Shown piece by piece: positions 26,798 to 47,299 of a DNA stretch of 64,000 nucleotides. The stretch is from the human T2T-CHM13v2.0 reference genome, Homo sapiens. The stretch lies in assembly GCF_009914755.1 (NCBI RefSeq), contig NC_060947.1; one strand, written 5' to 3'. The position numbers were made by a program, and so were the translations under genes. Under the pieces are notes generated by a model. It saw only the letters and a program-made list of their open reading frames with translations. It made no database searches and was not told the origin of the DNA. Position 1 is the stretch's first letter. Every line of letters starts with the position of its first letter.

Positions 26798-27559
26798 CTA
26801 TATCACTCTTGCTGGTTGACTTAGAATCCAACTTTTTTTTTTCTTTTTTTTCCCAAATGCAATCCAAAAATACAAGCTGAAACTGGCCACAATTGCCCCT
26901 TATAAAGTGCGGTTGGCATAACAGAGTTGAACTTCCATTTTTATTTACTTATTTTCATCATACCCAGAACGATTTATGCGGTTTCACATTTAGACATCCA
27001 AAGGGCGCTAGCATTAAAGTGCTTTGTGCTGAATGTTGTTGTAATTCGGAGGGGTTGGGGGCGTTGACTGGCGTAATTGACCCTCTAACCCGTAATTGAC
27101 CCTCTAACTTCAAACACATTTTATTTATAATTTTTATTTATTTATTTATTTATAAAATAAAATTTTATTTATAAAATGTGTTTCATTCACATTGCTGTCT
27201 TTGTCGGAAACTTGTTCCTTTTCCAGGCTGCATAATATTCCATTAAGAGTCTGCGGTTTCTGTGAAGGTATAGCCCAAAAAGGTGTAACAAAACAAAATG
27301 AAGTTCAGAGCCGTAATCACAGCCCAGAATGCTGGTGTTCACTTTGGCCCCATTAAGACTCTAAGATGTTTTGGTGGGGAGCCCTGATATTTATTTCTGT
27401 GCCGCTGGAGACCTTGTAGAGAAATCTCAGCTTACCAAAGGCCAGAAGAGAAAGGGCGGAAACGATTTGACATTCTCTGGCTGGGATGCCTGGAGAATTA
27501 CCCAGTGATCCACAATCACGTGGGTGAAGAAGGAGTTTGGGAAACTTTTGCTCTTTTTG

Positions 27560-28842
<1,283 letters not shown>

Positions 28843-29191
28843 TGACAAAAATGTCACTTTTCCTGGGAGCTGGTGGCACCAAATGACTGTTGACAAATTC
28901 TTTCAGGGTGAAATTGAGCCGGTTGTCACCTTCGGTCACCAGCAAATAAGCCAGTGTGACAGTTGTCACGTCTTCCATAGGCCTTAGCTCAAAGCAAATG
29001 TGGCCTGCTGTTTTCGTGGCCTGGTACAACCCTGACCATCTCCCCGTAAAATCCGCCCTCCTCTTTGGGGCCGGAGGAAGACCCTGTCCCTTTTCAAACC
29101 TCATAGCAGGTTGGGCGTGGCTGCTCACGCCTATGATCAAAGCACTTTAGGCAGGAAGATTGCTTGAGACTTGAAGTTCAAGCTCAGCCTA

Positions 29192-29943
<752 letters not shown>

Positions 29944-30482
29944 TAATTTTAATTTGTATAGATTTAAGGGTTCCAGTTGCAGTTTTGCTCCACGGATATT
30001 GTGCGTGGTGGTGAAGTCTCTGCCTTCAGCATCACCAAAGGTTTTGTTCAGTCCTCAAATCATTGATTCCAGGTACTGTTTAAAACCATTTTTTCAGGAT
30101 AAATGTTAACTTGTTAAGTAAAGTAAGGCTAAGCAGGGGAAAAAAGAAAAACACCTTTGGACTCAAAAGACGCATGATGTATTTTATATCACGTTCTGCC
30201 TGATGGAGGGAAACTAATATTTCTATGCTTATGCTTTGGAGGACCAGGTGAAGCCCCAGAGCGGACGCCCATCAGTGTGTTAGAGGCTGTTTACTGAGGT
30301 CCTACCATGTGCAAAGTTCTGAGTGGCAGGTTGTGAGGAAGAATGAATGACTTCATCTCTGAAAACTCATGTCCCTACTAGGCTAATCCAACACGGGACA
30401 GATACAGAAAGGAGATACCAGCCGGGCACGGTGGCTCACACCTGTAATCCCAGCACTTTGGGAGGCTGAGATGGGAGGATCA

Positions 30483-30806
<324 letters not shown>

Positions 30807-31756
30807 TCAGGTAAATGGGGTTTTGCAGACTGCATAGGAGTTTGCCAGGGAGACTTAGGAGAGTTTGTGGAGAGGGATCAATACTTGCAAACGCTTAGAG
30901 GTGTGGTTGTGGGCACCTTTAATGGGAATAGCAGAAAGGGGGTTGTATGAAGACAGAATCAAAGGGAATGTTATTATTTCTTCCAACAAAGCAGGTACCC
31001 CCCAAATCAGGGCATTTTTCCTTATAGTTGTTCTTATTTTAATTTGTCCTCCCAGGCTCTGCCGTTAGGACTCTCGGCTCTTGAGTCTTAATTTTTGTCT
31101 TCATTTTTATCTTAATAGTTATATATATATTTAAGATGTTAGTTAGGTATTCTTAATACCCCAATACAATTTTATAGTTAATTTTTTTTCAGGGGGGTTA
31201 GGTAGAGGTCCCTTTTAACACTCTAATGCAATCTGTCCAACCGTCACCAATATATAAACAGAGACATTAAGAATAACGGAAACCCATCGCTTCTCCCACC
31301 CCATCCAGCCCTCTGCGACGCTACCCACCACCCAAGGTGACTCTGTGTGCACTTTGATATCCTTCATTTTCTGAATTTCCTTTGTTACATCACTTTATTG
31401 CATTTCTCTATTTTAATTGTCTCTAACTTTATGAAAAGTGTATATCATGCTCTATGTAATTTTTTGAGACCAGCATTTCCCACTCAAAACGTCATTTCAA
31501 AGATTCATCCATACTGAGTTTCTGCTGTCTCTTCATTTTGGTGACACCGTAATATCCCAGCGGGTGAAATATTCCACGACTTATGGATGCATCCTTCTGC
31601 CTATGGGCATTAGGTTATTTCCTCGTGGAAACAGGAAAATGGAAATAGGAATATTTCTATGGGGTATTTTGGGGCAGGGCTACTGTAAACATTTTTAGAC
31701 ATATTACGTGATGGGCAAATCAGGACTGCCGTGAGACACCCTTTTCACACCAATAT

Positions 31757-32580
31757 TGAAAGACAAGACTAGCTGGATGTCCTAGGCTGACTCAGAATTC
31801 CTAAGCCTCGCTGGGGACGGTGACCGCACCCACCTTTAAACACGGGGCTTGTAACTCAGCTCACACCCGGCCAATCAGGTAGTAAAGAGGGAGCTCACTA
31901 AAATACAAATTAGGCTAAAAGCGGGAGGTAAAGAAATAGTCAAATCATCTATCACTTGAGAGCACAGTGGGAGGGACAATGATTGGGATATAAACCCAGG
32001 CATTTGAGCCGGTTTGGGTCCCCTCCTGTTGGAATGGGAGCTCTGTTTTCACGCTATTAAATCTTGCAACTGTACACTCTTCTGATGCATGTTTGTTCCC
32101 GCTCGAGCTGAGCTTTCGCTTGCCGTCCACCACTGCTGAACGCCGCCGTTGCAGACCCACCTTTGAGTTCCACCCCTCCGGATCAGGCAGGGTATGTGCT
32201 GTGCTTCTGATCCAGCGAGACGCCCGCTGCGGCTCCCAATCATTGTTCCTGAGTGGCTAAGTGTCCGGGTTCATCCTCATGGAGTTGAACACTAGTCTCT
32301 GGGTTCCACGGTTCTCTTCCGTGACCCACGGCTTCTAACAGAGCTACAACACTCACTGCATGGCCCAAGGTTGCATTCCTTGGAATCCGTGAGGCCAAGA
32401 ACCCCAGCGCAGAGAACAAAAGGCCTGCCGCCATCTTGGGAATGGCCGGCTGCCATCTTGGGAGTGGCCGGCCGCCATCTTGGGAGTGGCCCGCCACCAT
32501 CTTGGGAGTGGCCCGCCACCATCTTGGGAGTGGCCTACCCCCATCTTGGGAGCTGTAAGAACAAAGACCTGCCTGTAACC
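31757..32580 (+). mobile_element. Solo LTR17 (HERV-W LTR)
   Basis: 'tgaaagacaagactagctggat...ccaatc...gatataaaccc...attaaatcttgcaact...gtaacc'; 4-bp TSD ATAT at 31753-31756 and 32581-32584; interrupts an old L1-like stretch. Confidence 0.9.
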
Positions 32581-32804
32581 ATATGATTGGCAAAAATGTT
32601 AAAAATGAAGAATTCTGACAGTCACAGATGTTGCCATAGGTGGCAAAGATTGGCTTTCCTCAACATCGTAGGGCGAAATGTCCGTCTCGACCACCATTTT
32701 GGAAAGGGTTTGGCCTCATCTTATAAAGCTGAGAAACACGGGTTCCCCAGCCCAGCAATTGTACTCTGGGTGTGTCCCCAAGATGAACTCCAGCCTTTGG
32801 GACT

Positions 32805-33160
32805 TGTCAGAGGCACTGGAACCGGAACAACTTCGGCTTGAATAGGGGCTGGGTAAAATGAGGCTGAGACGTACTGGGCTTCATCCCCAGATGGATAAGG
32901 CATCCTAAGCTGCAGGATGAGACAGGAGGTTAGCACAAGATACAGGCCATAAAGACCTTGCTGATGAAACAGCTTGCAGTAAAGAAGCTGAATGAAACCC
33001 ACTGAAACCAAGATGGCAATGAGAGTGACCTCTGGTCATCTTCACTGCTACACTCCCACCAGCGCTAAGACAGTTTACAAATGCCATGGCAACGTCGGGA
33101 AATTACCCTATATGGTCTAAAAAGGGGAGGCATGAATTATCCACCCCTTGTTTAGCATAA
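32805..33160 (+). mobile_element. MER41 (MER41A-type) LTR, 5' part
   Basis: 'tgtcagaggc...gaataggggctgggtaaaa...gccatggcaacgtc...gggaggcatgaat'; lacks the MER41B tandem GAS segment. Confidence 0.8.
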
Positions 33161-33164
33161 ATTC

Positions 33165-34330
33165 CTTCCTGGGGGCTCCAGGTGTCCTCCCTCTCTAGGG
33201 GTCTGGAATGGCATCCCTGGGCTTGTGGCCGCATCACTCCAGTCTCTACCTCCACTCACAGGTTCTTGGGTTAGAATATGAATATATCTTTTTTGGGATA
33301 CATAGTTCAATCCACTTCTTAAGTATCAAGTTCTCTCTGGAGGCTCTAGGGAGGATCCTTTCTGCCTCTCCCAGCTCCTGGGGGCTCCAGGCATCCCTGG
33401 GCTTGTGGCCGCATCACTCCAGTCTCTGCCTCCATCTCCACGTGGCCTTCTCCTGTGTGTCTGTGTCTCCTCTTCTGTCTCTTAAAAAGACACTTGTCAT
33501 TGCATTTAGGGTCTACCCTACTCTACTCCAGGATGATATCATCCCAAGGCCCTTCACTTTATCACATCTGCAGAGACCCTATTTCCAAATAAGTTCTTAC
33601 TCCAGGTTCTGGGCTTTCAGATGTGGACAGATCTTTCTGGAGGCCACTGTTCAATCCAGTACAATTGTATCCAGTTCCCTCTGGAGGCTCTAGGGGAGGA
33701 TCCTTCCTGCCTCTCCCAGCTCCTGGGGTCTCCAGCATCCCTGGGCTTATGGCCCCATCACTCCAGTCTCTGCCTCCATCTCCACGTGGCCTTCTCCTCT
33801 GTGTCTGTGTCTCCTCTTCTGTCTCTTACAAGGGCACCTGTCATTGGATTTAGGGCCACCATACTCCAGGATGATCTCATCTCAAGATCCTTTTCCTAAG
33901 CACATCGGCAAAAACCCCTATTTCCAAATAAGGTCTCATTACCAGGTTCTGGGCTTTAGGATGTAGACGTATCTTTTTGAGGGATCACTGCTCAATCCAT
34001 TCCAGTTGTATCCAGTTCTTTCTGGAGGCTCTAAGGGAGGATCCTTCCTTCCTCTCCCAGCTCCTGGGGGCTCCAGGTGTCCCCGGGCTTGTGGCCACAT
34101 CACTCCAGTCTCTGCCTCCATCTCCATCTCCTCCATCTCCAGGTGGCCTTCTCCTCTGTGTCTGTGTCTCCTCTTCTGTCTCTTACAAGGACAGCTGTCA
34201 TTGGATTTAGAGTCCACCTTAATCCAATATGACCTCACCATAACTTGACTAAAACTGCGAAGACCGTATTTCCAAAGAAGGTGATGTTCACAGATTCTGA
34301 GTGGATGTGAATTTTGGAGAGGACGCAATT
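33165..34330 (-). repeat. Tandemly repeated MLT1-type MaLR segment, ~345 bp x ~3.5
   Basis: 'ctggaggctctag...gaggatcctt...ctctcccagctcctggggg' at ~33337, 33681, 34022. Confidence 0.75.
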
Positions 34331-35255
34331 TCCGTCCCCTGCAGAGTGTCTTGTGCTGTCTCCAATGTCCTCATCTGCTCTCATCTCCCAGAGACCCTGT
34401 GGGCATTGACCAAGGTGGTCCTACTGTGTTGCCACCTCCAGGGTCTTACCTTTCGCCAGGTGTGCCCACCTGGTGGCCGAATGGTGCAAATTGAAATAGT
34501 CTTTGCTCTCCGTTCCCTCATCTCTCTCTGTGTGTGTCCCTCTCTCTCTCTCTCTCTGTTTCTCCAGCATGCTGGTCCTGTCCACACTACCCCATCCAGC
34601 CGGGTGGACCCCATTCTCATCCACTCAGCAAGGGAGGAAAGTGCTCACGTGAAAACAGGTGAGGATGTGAAGAGGGGCTTCGGAGCGTGCAGCCAGGGCA
34701 AGAGGGTGGGCAGCACTGGGATGGAGCCCACGGCATTCTGTGGTCATCCCTGCACCTGCCTGGGGGCTTTGTCTGCATTCGCTCCTCTTCACCATCCACA
34801 ACTTCTCACTCTTCCTCCATGTGGTACACATTTTCCTGCCCAGGAGCTGCTCCCTGAGCTCGGGATGCTCTCCCTCTAGATCCCTACATGGCTGTTACCT
34901 TCTTGTCCACACTTAGCAAGACCCACAATTGTTTGGTTCAGTCTTTGGGGGCAGCTGTCTCCTGAGCAAGACCAGCTCTCTCAAGCCTAGAATGTGAGTC
35001 AAGGAAGCAGCCAGGAGCTGAACCAGCAGCACTAAAGCTACATCCGCCTCTTCCCAGGAAACGATGGTTTAGAATCATCCTTGTGCACCTGCCAGGATCA
35101 TTAGACTCAAAACATAGACAAAGAAAAATCATAAGTGGGCCAGACGCGGTGGCTCACGCCTGTAATCCCAGCGCTTTGGGAGGCCGAGGAGGGTGGATCA
35201 CCTGAGGTCAGGAGTTCGAGACCAGCCTGACCGACATGGAGAAACCCCGTCTCTA

Positions 35256-35447
<192 letters not shown>

Positions 35448-35923
35448 CTATGCCTCTGAAATGAGTTAATTTTAATCTATAAGACACTTAGGGCTGGGTG
35501 CGGTGGCTCACGCCTGTAATCCCAGCGCTTTGCGGGGCTGAGGCAGGCGGATCACGAGGTCAGGAGTTCGAGACCATCCTGGCTAATGCGGTGAAACCCC
35601 GTCTCTACTAAAAATATTTTAAAAATTAGCCAGGCGTGGTGGCGGGCGCCTGTAGTCCCAGCTACTGGGAAGGCTGATGCAGGAGAATGGCGTGAACCCG
35701 GGAGGCGGAGCTTGCAGTGAGCCGAGATATTGAAGTAAGACGTGTCCGCTGGGAATAGGCCATCAATGCACGCACTTTGAGAACCCGAAACCCAGGAAGG
35801 TTTTCTCTGTGCCTCATTCTGTCTTTCTGAAACAACTCTGCCCAAATGGGAAGGCATCGGGGTCAGGGTAAAGTCACACACACACAAGCAGGGCTGGGTT
35901 TGGGGTGTGGGAGCCATGGATGG

Positions 35924-36276
35924 TGATAGGGTTTGGCTGTGTCCCCACCCAACTCTCCTCTTGTATTGTAGCTCCCACCATTCCCATGTGTTGTGGGAGG
36001 GACCCAGGGAAGGGAATTGAATCATGGGGAAGGGGAAAGGGGAAGAAGGGGGTCTTTCTCGTGCTATTCTCGTGGTAGTGAATAAGACTCACAAGATCTG
36101 ATGGTTTTATAAAGGGAGGTTCCCTGCACACATGTCAGATGTGCCTTTCGGCTTCCGCCGTGACTGAAGGGCCTCTGCAGCCCCATGGAACTGTGAGTCC
36201 ATGAAATCTCTTCCTTTTGGAAATCACCCAGTCTCAAGTAACGTCTTTATCTGCAGCATGAACACAGACTAACACA
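35924..36276 (+). mobile_element. THE1 (MaLR) solo LTR
   Basis: 'tgatagggtttggctgtgtccccacccaa...gactaacaca'; TSD gatgg/gctgg (1 mismatch). Confidence 0.85.
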
Positions 36277-36640
36277 GCTGGGTTTTAAAAGTCCTCTCCC
36301 CTGTAATCCCAGCACTTTGGGAGGCCGAGGCGGGCGGATCACCTGAGGTCAGGAGTTCGAGACCAGCCTGACCATCATGGAGAAACCCTGCCATCTCTAC
36401 TAAAAATACAAAATTAGCCAGACATGGTGGTGGGCACCTGTAATCCCAGCTACTCAGGAGGCTGAGGCAGGAGAATCACTTGAACCTGGGAGGCAGAGGT
36501 TGCGGCCAGCCGAGATCGCACCACCATACTCCAGCCTGGGTGACAAGAGTGAAAGTCCATCTCAAAAACAAATAAATAAACATAAAAGTCCTCTCTCAAC
36601 AGACTCAATTTCAAGTTCAGATGAGGAACGGGGAAGCTGA

Positions 36641-36973
<333 letters not shown>

Positions 36974-37111
36974 TAGCCAGGATGGCCTCGATCTCCTGAC
37001 CTCCTGATCCACCCGCCTGGGCCTCCAAAACTGCTGGGATTACAGGCGTGAGCCACCGCGCCCGGCCCTAAGTGTCTTACGTATTAAAATTAACTCATTT
37101 CAGAGGCATAG

Positions 37112-37246
<135 letters not shown>

Positions 37247-37584
37247 TGAGTAGCTGGGACCACAGGCGCCCGCCACCACGCCCGGCTAATTTTTTTTTTT
37301 ATATTTTTAGTAGAGACGGGGTTTTGCCACGTTAGCCAGGATGGTCTCGATCTCCTGACCTTGTGATCCGCCCGCCTCGGCCTCCCAAAGTGCTGGGATG
37401 ACAAGCGTGAGCCACCGCGCCCGGCCCCGTCAGATCTTGTATTTGAATGTGCACCTCATCCTCTCACTATGAAGAGGTATTTTCAGTTACACATAGTGAA
37501 GTGGACAGGAGCTGCGATGTAGCTGCTTTCTGCCCTTTTTCTCTTTGATGATCTTTGAGGGAAAAGAGTTAGGGACAAAATTTA

Positions 37585-37621
<37 letters not shown>

Positions 37622-37749
37622 ATGAAAACCACGATTCTTCTTTTCTTGTAATCCCAGCTCTAAGCAGATTTAATGGCCCTGTTATTGCTGAGCGAAATTA
37701 ACTCCTTATGAAACAACTTACAAAGCGCCTTTGTAGATTCCATTTCTGA

Positions 37750-38410
<661 letters not shown>

Positions 38411-38450
38411 AATGTATAATATATAACATGTGGCTGAGTGCAGTGGCTCA

Positions 38451-38757
<307 letters not shown>

Positions 38758-38976
38758 TTAGCCTGACAGGCAGGATACTTACCATCCGAGTGGTAACTGA
38801 GATGAAACGGGGGGTGGCGGGGGTAACTGAAGTGCAACCAGGAGGTCGTCGAGCTGAGAAATGGGAAGAAAAATGAGAAGAAATATATGAAGGGAAGCTG
38901 CGGTTTAGGAGCAAATATCTGGCCCTCACGTCAGATGTATATGCGACTCGCGGCAAGTTTATATATATCTAGAAAA

Positions 38977-40811
<1,835 letters not shown>

Positions 40812-40814
40812 TGA

Positions 40815-41213
<399 letters not shown>

Positions 41214-42037
41214 TGATGCCTCATCCGGGCCATTAATTTCAGCCCTTCTATAGCGCTCCTTACACACGATAATCATGTCCATTTGGGCACTGACTTCTCT
41301 AGATGGCATCTCACCAGAGACTAAGTACTGGGTGCTGACAATTGATAGGAAATTCAGTCTGCGGCAGTTAATATATGGAAACGCGATTTGTACTTAATCA
41401 TCCCACTGGGAGTCCTAAGGGCAAGTAAGTGGATGCAGGCATTTTAAAATGCACGGGTGGGTTACGGCAACCTCACTTGCCACAGGCTCTCTTCCCCATA
41501 GACAGCTGAAGAGCTGAATAAATAAGGTACGTTTCCCTGGCGTTTGACCCAACGCCTGTGTCTTCTTCCCCCCGACCGCACCTGCCAGGCGACTAACACC
41601 TTTCAGGGAGGCTCACATAACTAGGCAGGTCCACGGCTGGGATTTGCAGACTCTCATGCTGACGAGCATAGACCCTGACACTCATTTATTTACCGACACA
41701 GAGATCTCCTTTTTCGTTAGAATAGAAATTTGTAGGCGACCGGCTCCTTCACTGTTTAATATTAAAGGATCAGAGACAATGCCTGGGTGGGGCGAAGGGA
41801 GGGGGATGTGACAATTTGCAGGGTGACTTACCCGGCTTCCTGTGACACCAGCTAATTGGAAGGGGCAGTAATGATGTTCTGTTTTGGTCCCTGGGACCCC
41901 AGGATGGGGCTGAGAGGGTATTTTTAGAAGTTGGCCGTGCTTACATTTTTGAGGAACCTATGACTTTTTTTGGTTGACTTTATTCCTTTTTATTTAAATT
42001 TAAAAACACTTCAAAGTACAAAAATACAAGTGCTTCA

Positions 42038-42424
<387 letters not shown>

Positions 42425-42499
42425 TTATGATTTTAATTCTACCATTTCTCTATAGATGTATACTGCTTTTATAATCATAATTTAAAATTTTATCCTGCG

Positions 42500-43253
<754 letters not shown>

Positions 43254-43374
43254 TTATCTTGCAAGATTGCCTGTTGTATTTTTGTTTCGATAGCTCACTT
43301 GTTACCCGCTGATGTTATATTGTGTCTCTTTCTCCAAAGTATACATCGCTCTTTTTTCTTTTGTTTTGTTTTGA

Positions 43375-43650
<276 letters not shown>

Positions 43651-44106
43651 TGACCAATTTTCGTATTTTTAGTAGACACGGGGTTTCACCCTGTTGGCCA
43701 GGCTGGTCTCAAGATCCTGACCGCGTGATCCTCCCACCTTTGTCTCCCAAAGTGCTGGGATTACAGGCGTGAGCCACTACGCCTGGCTTTTTTTTAATTT
43801 TTATTATTTATTTATATTTATTTATTTATTTGTGAGAAGGTCTCACTGTGTCGTCCCGGCTGGAGTGCAAGGGTGTGATCCTGGCTCACTGCAGCCTCGA
43901 CCTCCTGGGTTCAAGAGATCTTCCCACCTCAGCCTCCTGAATAACTGGGATTACAGGTGTGCACCACCACACCCAGCTAATTGTTAACTTTTCTGTAGCC
44001 AGACTGTTGCCATGTTGCCTGGGCTGGTCTCAAACTCCTGGCCACAAGTGATCCTCCCACCTCAGCCTCTCAAAGTACTGGGATTACAGGTGTCAGCCTC
44101 CATATG

Positions 44107-44859
<753 letters not shown>

Positions 44860-45181
44860 TGATGATACCTATTTTCCTTTTCAAAAGAGGTGGGGTTATT
44901 GATTTTAAAAAGAAAGACCTGGGAAAAAACCGACTTGGATGTTTTTCTGTTTGCAGGATGAGGTTATAAGGCGGGAATTGACTCTGGAGGCAGGGCTTGG
45001 ACCCTGGACCAAACTGGGAACCAACTGAAATACAGCTGGGGTGTAAGCCCCCCTCCATCGCACACACCCAGCAGGGTGCAGGTCCAGGTATCGTTGCCAT
45101 GGCAACACGCCGGAAGTACCGCCCCCTTTCCATGGCAACGACCCGGAAGTTGCCACTCTTTCCCTAGAAATTGCTGTAGAG

Positions 45182-45330
45182 GGCCGGGTGCGGAGGCTCA
45201 CGCCTGTAATCCCAGCACTTTGGGAAGCCGAGGCAGGTGGATCACGAGGTCAGGAGTTCAAGACCAGCCTGGCCAAAATGGTGAAACGCGGTCTGTACTA
45301 AAAATACAAAAAAAAAAAAAAAAAAAAAAA
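45182..45330 (+). mobile_element. Left-monomer-only Alu with TSD
   Basis: Ends in the middle A-rich linker extended to poly-A; 'agaaattgctgt' at 45167-45178 and 45330-45341. Confidence 0.85.
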
Positions 45331-45614
45331 GAAATTGCTGTTGCATAACCCGCCCCTTCATTTGCATGTAATTAGCAGCGGGTATAAATAAGACTGCGGG
45401 ACCGACTCTGCAAGCTCTGCAAGAAACAGCACCTTGCTGGGCTCAAGTGACCCTCCCACCTCAGCCTCTAGAGTAGCTGGGACTACAGGCAGGTGCCACC
45501 AGGTCTAGCTATTTTTTTTTTTTTTTGTATTTGCAGAGACAGGGTTTTGCCTTGCGGTGACCCGAGATCGAGCCACTGCACTCCAGCCTGGGCAACAAGA
45601 GTGAAACTGTGTCT

Positions 45615-46900
45615 AAAAAATAAAATAACATAGCATAACATAACATAACGTAACATAACATAACATAACATAACATAACATAACATAACATAACAAACAC
45701 AATAAAAATAAAATAAAATAAAAAATAAAATATAAAATAAAATAAAAAATAAAAATATAAAAATAAAATAAAATATAAAATAAAATAAAATAAAAAATAA
45801 ATATATAAAAATAAAATGAAATATGAAATAAAAAATAAAATAAATAAAATATAAAATAAATAAATAAATAAAATATAAAATATAAAATAAAATAAAATGT
45901 AAAAGTAAAATAAAAAATAAAATAAAATAAAATAAAAATATAAAAATAAAATAAAATATGAAATAAAAAAATGAATAAAATATAAAATAAAATAAAATAT
46001 AAAAATAAAATAAAATATAAAATAAAAAATAAATAAAATATAAAATAAAATATAAAAATAAAATAAAATAATAAAATAAATAAAATATAAAATAAAATAT
46101 AAAATAAATAAATAAATAAAATATAAAATATAAAATAAAATAAAATGTAAAAGTAAAATAAAAAATAAAATAAAATAAAATAAAAATATAAAAATAAAGT
46201 AAAATATGAAATAAAAAATAAATAAAATATAAAATAAAATAAAATATAAAAATAAAATAAAATATAAAATAAAAAATAAATAAAATATAAAATAAAATAT
46301 AAAAATAAAATAAAATAATAAAATAAATAAAATATAAAATAAATAAATAAATAAAATATAAAATATAAAATAAAATAAAATGTAAAAGTAAAATAAAAAA
46401 TAAAATAAAATAAAATAAAAATATAAAAATAAAATAAAATATGAAATAAAAAATAAATAAATAAAATATAAAATAAAATAAAATATAAAAATAAAATAAA
46501 ATATAAAATAAAAAATAAATAAAATATAAAATAAAATATAAAAATAAAATAATAAAATAAATAAAATATAAAAAAATAAAATATAAAATAAAAAATAAAT
46601 AAAATATAAAAATAAAATAAAATGATAAAATATAAAATAAAATATAAAATAAATAAATAAATAAAATATAAAATATAAAATAAAATAAAATGTAAAAGTA
46701 AAATAAAATATAAAGTAAAATAAAATAAAAAATAAAAATATAAAAATAAAATAAAATATGAAATAAAAAATAAATAAAATATAAAATAAAATAAAATATA
46801 AAAATAAAATAAAATATAAAAATAAAATATAATATAAAATAAAAAATAAAATATAAAAATAAAATAATAAAATAAATAAAAATATAAAATAAAATAAAAT
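45615..46900. repeat. Alu-tail-derived AT-rich array, (CATAA)n then degenerate (TAAAA)n, ~1.3 kb
   Basis: Almost only A/T; marker 'aatgtaaaagtaaaa' recurs at ~45896, 46144, 46379, 46689. Confidence 0.95.
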
Positions 46901-47299
46901 CTGCCATCTCACACTCCCGACTCACCCTGAATTCTTTCCTGGACAAAGCCAAGAACCCTCCCAGCCTAAGCATTAATTTGAGGACCCACCTGCCCGACAT
47001 CAGAGGAATACCTTGGTTGCAAAGGGTCCTAGAAAGAATACATTAAAGAAGGAGAGAGACTGGATATTTCACTCTGGGTCAACTCTTCGTTGCTGCTTGG
47101 AAGAGACCACATCACATGCCATGAATCCCAGGTGTCATCTGCAGAGACTGTAAAAATATGTCTGAGGGATCCCAAAAAAGTTAAACACAGAATTTCCACA
47201 GGACCCAGAAATTTCACTTCTAGGTGTATAACCGAGAGAATTCAAAACAAGTGTCCAAATAGATTTTGTCCTCGAATGTTCAAAGCCACATTTTTCTTA

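Larger units (their letters stand above)
44958..47002 (+). mobile_element. ERV1 LTR (LTR26/MER41-related) split by Alu fragments and an AT-rich array
   Basis: 5' part 'ggcgggaattgactctggaggcagggcttggac...gttgccatggcaac...gggtataaata'; 3' part 'ccctgaattctttcctgg...aagaaccctcc...catca' at 46901-47002. Confidence 0.65.

Noticed and set aside
32805-33160. Interferon-inducible MER41 enhancer
   Set aside because: The segment carrying the tandem GAS sites in MER41B is absent ('gggagg|catgaat') and the element is truncated
34301-34879. 192-aa ORF in mostly unique sequence
   Set aside because: No ATG start, no recognisable domain, and it crosses a (CT)n tract
45483-47000. 505-aa and 467-aa F/I/L/Y-rich ORFs
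   Set aside because: Translations of the antisense AT-rich repeat, which lacks stop codons by composition
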